DNA of 30,932 nt from Longimicrobiales bacterium (GTDB lineage: Bacteria > Gemmatimonadota > Gemmatimonadetes > Longimicrobiales > Gaopeijiaceae): NCBI GenBank assembly GCA_965218295.1, contig CBDCKN010000004.1, positions 1 to 30,932 on the forward strand, given 5' to 3'. Both the position numbers and the translations under genes were made by a program. The notes beneath the pieces are model-generated. The model searched no databases and was not told where the DNA came from. It was given only the letters and a program-made list of their open reading frames with translations. The stretch's first letter is position 1; each line of letters starts with the position of its first letter. Shown piece after piece: positions 27,030 through 30,932 of this stretch.

Positions 27030-29627
27030 TCACCACGACATCGTGGCGGTCAAGAAGATTGTGCGCCCCCGACCCGAGTCCAGACTCACGTCCGCAGCAT
27101 CGGGGTCCGTGGGATCGATGGCAGGGCCGCGGTCCGCGATATTGAGTACGCCCCCGGTGAGGTCCATCCTGCTCAGGCCGAAGGGGTCGCGCCAGCGGGC
27201 GGTGATGTCGTGGCCCATCCAGCCGTCGAAGCGGCCGGTCCGGCGCATATTCCAGTAGCCCGAGACTGAATATACGCTCCAGCTCGTAGTGAGGCGGCCT
27301 CGGCTCGCGCGAAGCGATCCATGAACGCGGGCGCGCGGGTAGTCGCCTGGCTGAAGCTCGCCAGCCACCCGGGTCTCTTGCTGGGTCATGCGCAACCAGC
27401 GGGTATCCAGCACCAGGTCTGCCCAAGGGGCGTTCCAGTCGAGCCGCGCCCGCACATCGACACCCGACGCATCCGTCTCCCCGCTGTTGACGATCGGGCT
27501 ATCGATCCGCTCGATCTTGCCTTCTTGTGTGCGTATCACCACCACACCGGGCGGTAACGCTCCCCTGGCCTCGAGGTCAATGATCGATTGCGGGGACAAT
27601 CGATCCGGCACATCGGAAAGCGCGACCCGGAACCAGTCTGCACTCAGGGATAGCGGCCCCAGTCCGATCACGGCGCCGAGGCTGACGCTCTCGGCGTCGT
27701 CCGGCTCTAGGTTCGAATTGCCGCTACTCACCCGCACGACCTGCTCTACGGGGCATGTCTCCAGCGCCCCCCTATGAGTATTCCTGTCGCAGACCCACGG
27801 AAAATCGTTCGAGCTGCGCAGATGTAGTTCGTACAGACTGGGCGGCCTGGAGCCTCTGTCCCAGGAGCCCCGCAGCATCAGGGCATCGTGCAGGCGGAAC
27901 CGGCTCGCAAGTTGGTGGGAATAGGTAGCGCCGACATCGTCATGACCGTCGCCCCGCCCTGCGAGCGTGACATCCCAATCGTGACGCACCGGCAGCGCTA
28001 CCTCCCCGAAACCCGACCAGCGCTGCCGCTCGCCAGACACCTGGATCCCACCGGCCCCGAGCACGTCTCTCGCGTCATAGAAACGGCCGGAATGGTCCCG
28101 ATAGGCGTGGACATCGCGCCAGTCCTCGGCGACAAACTCGGCGCCTGCCGCCCATCGCGCTTCGCCGCCGGCGAGCGCGAACATTGGTCCGTCCACGGAG
28201 GCGCGGACCGTCCTGTGGTCCGTCACCCGATCGCGGGTCAGGCGCAGTGCAGTCTCTCGGATCGCGTCAAGGTTGGTCGGAGAGAGCGGGTTAACGAGGT
28301 CATAACGCCCCTCGTCGATGACCTGCTGAATGGCGCTCCCGCTCACGAAGGTAGTGCCGTCGATGACGGCGTCGTGGCGGTAGTAGCGCAGGTGCACGTC
28401 ATAGCCGATGCCGTCCGCGAACTGCCCCTTCAGGCCGAGCGCGACGTCATATTCGTCCAGCGTCGTAAGCCACTCGCGGTTGCCGTGGCCGAGGAAGCGA
28501 TGGGACACGCGAAGGGTCTCGGGAAGCGAGTCGATCTCGGGATCGGGCAGCAGATGGTCCGTGAGTGTCTCCGACGAAACGGAGAAGGTGCCGACCGAAG
28601 GAGCATAGCGCTCCAGCGTTTCGTCCCTTGCAGCCCGGATATCGAGATAGGCGTCGGCGCCGTCGCCGAGCGGATGATCGAGGGTGAGGAATAGGCTTTC
28701 CCGCCCATAGCGTGCCATGGCCCACGAAATGTCGGCGTAGGCGAAGCCACAACCTGTGCCTGGACTGCCGAGGGGATCAGCGAGCGCGCCGGTGTACATG
28801 CGACCGGGACAGTCGCCGAGGGGGCGCGCGATCGAACGGCTCACGACGCCGGGAACGTGAGTGGCGGTGACGTCGCCGTTATCGTCATAGCTCCTGGTCG
28901 CGATGAAGACGGTGTTGCCGCCCACGGAAACGCCGGACGCATCGGCGAACGTGCCACCCAGCGTCCACTTGGCGCGGCTGTGCTCCCGCGCCGCGTCGGG
29001 AATTTCCTCACGTCGGAAGACGTCCACGGCGACGGTCATGTGGCCTTGGCCGACCCCGCCTCCCCACGAGGCGCTGCCCTCCTCCGTATCGCCGCCCGCG
29101 TCCGTTGGCCGGCCCGCGAACGCCGAAGCCTCGACACCCTCCTCGCCGCGCCTGAGCACGATGTTGATCGCACCGGCGATGGCGTGCCCACCGTGCAGTG
29201 CGGCGGCGCTGCCGCTCAGGATCTCGATGCGCTCCACCGCCGATGTCGGCAGGGTGGAGAGATCGAGGGTGGAATCGGAGATGCGGCGGCCATTGATCAG
29301 ATAAGCGACCCGGCTGCCCAAGAACAGCACCCGATGAAGGCCGAAGCTGTTGAAACGTTGTCGGCTCACCAGCAGGTCCGAGACAGTGCGCATGCCCGAC
29401 AGCGCGATCTCCTCGCGATCGATCGTGGCCACGGGGCGTACCGGATCCACCCCCGCCTCGGGGATATGGCTGGCTACCGATGCCTTCCTTTGGACGGCGG
29501 TGCCCTGCTCAGGGGCCACAAACAGCGCCGCAGCAATCGTTACGGCGGCGGCAAGCCGGAATAGTGCGGGCGTGCAGCGGCCGTAGGGCGGCATGTGCGA
29601 AAACTGCGCGCATGACGACAAATCCAT
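27030..29627 (-). CDS. TonB-dependent outer-membrane receptor
   Basis: Probable start 29627 or 29594 with signal peptide; plug motif YLINGRR...LSTLPTSAVERIEILSGSAAALHGGHAIAGAINIVL; GNSNLEPD; GVLNIADR; GRTIFLTATMSW. Confidence 0.92.
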   Translation of the reverse strand: MDLSSCAQFSHMPPYGRCTPALFRLAAAVTIAAALFVAPEQGTAVQRKASVASHIPEAGVDPVRPVATIDREEIALSGMRTVSDLLVSRQRFNSFGLHRVLFLGSRVAYLINGRRISDSTLDLSTLPTSAVERIEILSGSAAALHGGHAIAGAINIVLRRGEEGVEASAFAGRPTDAGGDTEEGSASWGGGVGQGHMTVAVDVFRREEIPDAAREHSRAKWTLGGTFADASGVSVGGNTVFIATRSYDDNGDVTATHVPGVVSRSIARPLGDCPGRMYTGALADPLGSPGTGCGFAYADISWAMARYGRESLFLTLDHPLGDGADAYLDIRAARDETLERYAPSVGTFSVSSETLTDHLLPDPEIDSLPETLRVSHRFLGHGNREWLTTLDEYDVALGLKGQFADGIGYDVHLRYYRHDAVIDGTTFVSGSAIQQVIDEGRYDLVNPLSPTNLDAIRETALRLTRDRVTDHRTVRASVDGPMFALAGGEARWAAGAEFVAEDWRDVHAYRDHSGRFYDARDVLGAGGIQVSGERQRWSGFGEVALPVRHDWDVTLAGRGDGHDDVGATYSHQLASRFRLHDALMLRGSWDRGSRPPSLYELHLRSSNDFPWVCDRNTHRGALETCPVEQVVRVSSGNSNLEPDDAESVSLGAVIGLGPLSLSADWFRVALSDVPDRLSPQSIIDLEARGALPPGVVVIRTQEGKIERIDSPIVNSGETDASGVDVRARLDWNAPWADLVLDTRWLRMTQQETRVAGELQPGDYPRARVHGSLRASRGRLTTSWSVYSVSGYWNMRRTGRFDGWMGHDITARWRDPFGLSRMDLTGGVLNIADRGPAIDPTDPDAADVSLDSGRGRTIFLTATMSW

Positions 29628-30087
29628 CTCTACGTTTCTCCGTGTGCACCGGTTGCAGCGCTGTCGGGGTTTCTTACAGCGCCGAGACTTCGGCGCCCCA
29701 CTGGCGGTCACTGGCGCCGACACCATCGACTGACCAGAGTATGGCCGCGTGATGCACCCACCTGCAATGCCGGGTGCCGCAACGTAGCCGACACGCCTCC
29801 CACTGTCATCGACTTCGACGGCAGTTTGCCCGTCGGCCTCGGACGCCGCGGGCGCATCTCCCGTAAGCCACCCATCTCTGGCGAACCGCCGGCCCGATTC
29901 CGGTTCTGCGCGGAGACGCCGGGTCCTCGCCGCTGTTCCCGACCACCGACACGATGGAGACGGCACCATGACTCCAGCCATGGTGACTCCCGGCAACACA
30001 GCGTCCACGTTCCTGACGTGCTTCTTCAGCCACGGCCTTGAAGACGAGTGGTATATGTTCGAAAGGCTTCAGGCGATGGCGGACGGA

Positions 30088-30165
30088 CGGCACCGGATCA
30101 TGGACGACTGGGCCGGCTACTTGGCCGGTGGGGGACGAGACCCGGCGGCCGGACTGTTCCGGTGA
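30088..30165 (+). pseudogene. Second tyrosine-integrase C-terminal remnant
   Basis: RHRIMDDWAGYLA aligns with RRRLMGDWAAYLA of the remnant at 12603-12683. Confidence 0.6.
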
Positions 30166-30218
30166 TCCGCACGCGCCCCTCAACATCGGCGGACGAGCTT
30201 GTCAGGCGCACAGCTAGA

Positions 30219-30268
30219 GCGGGAGAGGCAGCCTACTCAATGTGACATATTGGGTAGGCTGCTCCCGC
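30219..30268. repeat. Long imperfect inverted repeat
   Basis: GCAGCCTACTCAATGT-GAC-ATATTGGGTAGGCTGC with outer GCGGGA/TCCCGC. Confidence 0.85.
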
Positions 30269-30381
30269 CAAATGCGACCACGGGTAAACGTTCGGGTGCT
30301 ACGTGGCGGGCCGCCAGCGGTTCGGCCTTCGCGGTTCAAAGCCGATCTATGCTACGGATTCTACGATTACTGCGCCGTCCC

Positions 30382-30540
30382 ATGAAGATCGTGTTGAGCC
30401 GCAAGGGATTCGACTCAAGCAGCGGCCGGGTTCCGAGTCCTGTCTTGCGGGATGGCACGGCAGTGCCCTTGCCCGTTTCCGCGCGCTGCGGTCCGGCGCG
30501 GTTTCAAGACGTTCCATGGCCCAACGGCTCGCTCGCAACC
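30382..30540 (+). pseudogene. N-terminal fragment of an Nmad3-like (nucleotide modification associated domain 3) protein
   Basis: MKIVLSRKGFDSSSGRVPSPVLRDGTAVPLP, recalled Nmad3 N-terminal signature; fused in frame to an IS481 tail. Confidence 0.7.
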
Positions 30541-30667
30541 CTCTTCAAGGCTGGGATCCCCACGAAGCCCAAGGCCCGGAACGCCCCAGCCACGAAGGAG
30601 GTCAAGACCGCAGCGTAGAGCTGACCTCGGGCGAGGCCGGGTGTCAGGTGATTATCGTATTGGTACA
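30541..30667 (+). mobile_element. 3' remnant of a second, divergent IS481-family element
   Basis: FKAGIP...KEVKTAA* resembles FKAGLT...EAKTKAA*; end TGTCAGGTGATTATCGTATTGGTACA resembles the IS481 right IR. Confidence 0.78.
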
Positions 30668-30670
30668 ACG

Positions 30671-30932
30671 TGTGCTGAGACGGTATTCACCTGACAGTTG
30701 ACCACGAGAGAGGACGGTGGCCAGCCGCCCTCGCCGGAGCTAATTGAGAGATGTCGAAGTCACTCACTTAGCACGGGAGAGAAGATGACCACCGTCCAGG
30801 GGGAGAAGATAGCGCGCCGCAAGCTGAGCCTGCTACAGTTGGCCCAGGAGCTCGGCAACGTGAGCAAGGCGTGCAAGATCGTGGGCTACAGCCGGCAGCA
30901 GTTCTACGAGATCAGGAGGAACTTCCAGCTTT
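30671..30932 (+). mobile_element. IS481 copy 2, left end (transposase starts at 30785, runs off the window)
   Basis: Reverse complement of the left end of the 24139-25369 element. Confidence 0.95.

Noticed and set aside
29628..30008. 127-aa N-terminal extension of the TonB receptor
   Set aside because: Precedes the signal peptide and lacks recognisable domain features; no riboswitch recognised there either
1..30932. CRISPR array, tRNA/rRNA, retron or DGR
   Set aside because: No spaced direct repeats, cloverleaf or reverse-transcriptase motifs found by eye

Overview
High-GC bacterial window in two parts. 1-12504 is a contiguous minus-strand housekeeping run: FmdB-type Zn ribbon, argS, PfkB kinase, purM, a putative outer-membrane protein, ribD-ribE-ribBA-ribH-nusB, GT4 glycosyltransferase, hpf, hprK and mannose-class PTS IIA/IIB/IIC. 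Gene style suggests Gemmatimonadota (inference). Three of these genes have single-base frameshifts that look like read errors. From about 12590 to the end is a heavily IS-scarred accessory/defence island. It holds two tyrosine-integrase C-terminal scars, a small Cys/His-rich ORF beside a perfect 19-bp hairpin and an RP4-nic-like oriT candidate, IS3, two near-identical IS256, IS481 copies sitting in or against other IS ends, and an IS21 end. Cargo includes intact hsdM with truncated hsdS, two intact TA pairs (BrnT + XRE-HTH; PemIK), a truncated FN3/Calx-beta surface protein, a truncated probable RecD-like helicase, a TonB-dependent receptor and a truncated Nmad3-like gene. No tRNA, rRNA, CRISPR array or reverse transcriptase was seen. 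I found no complete novel system; the best leads are the remnant mobilizable element, the recombination-site-like palindrome and the IS481 targeting pattern.
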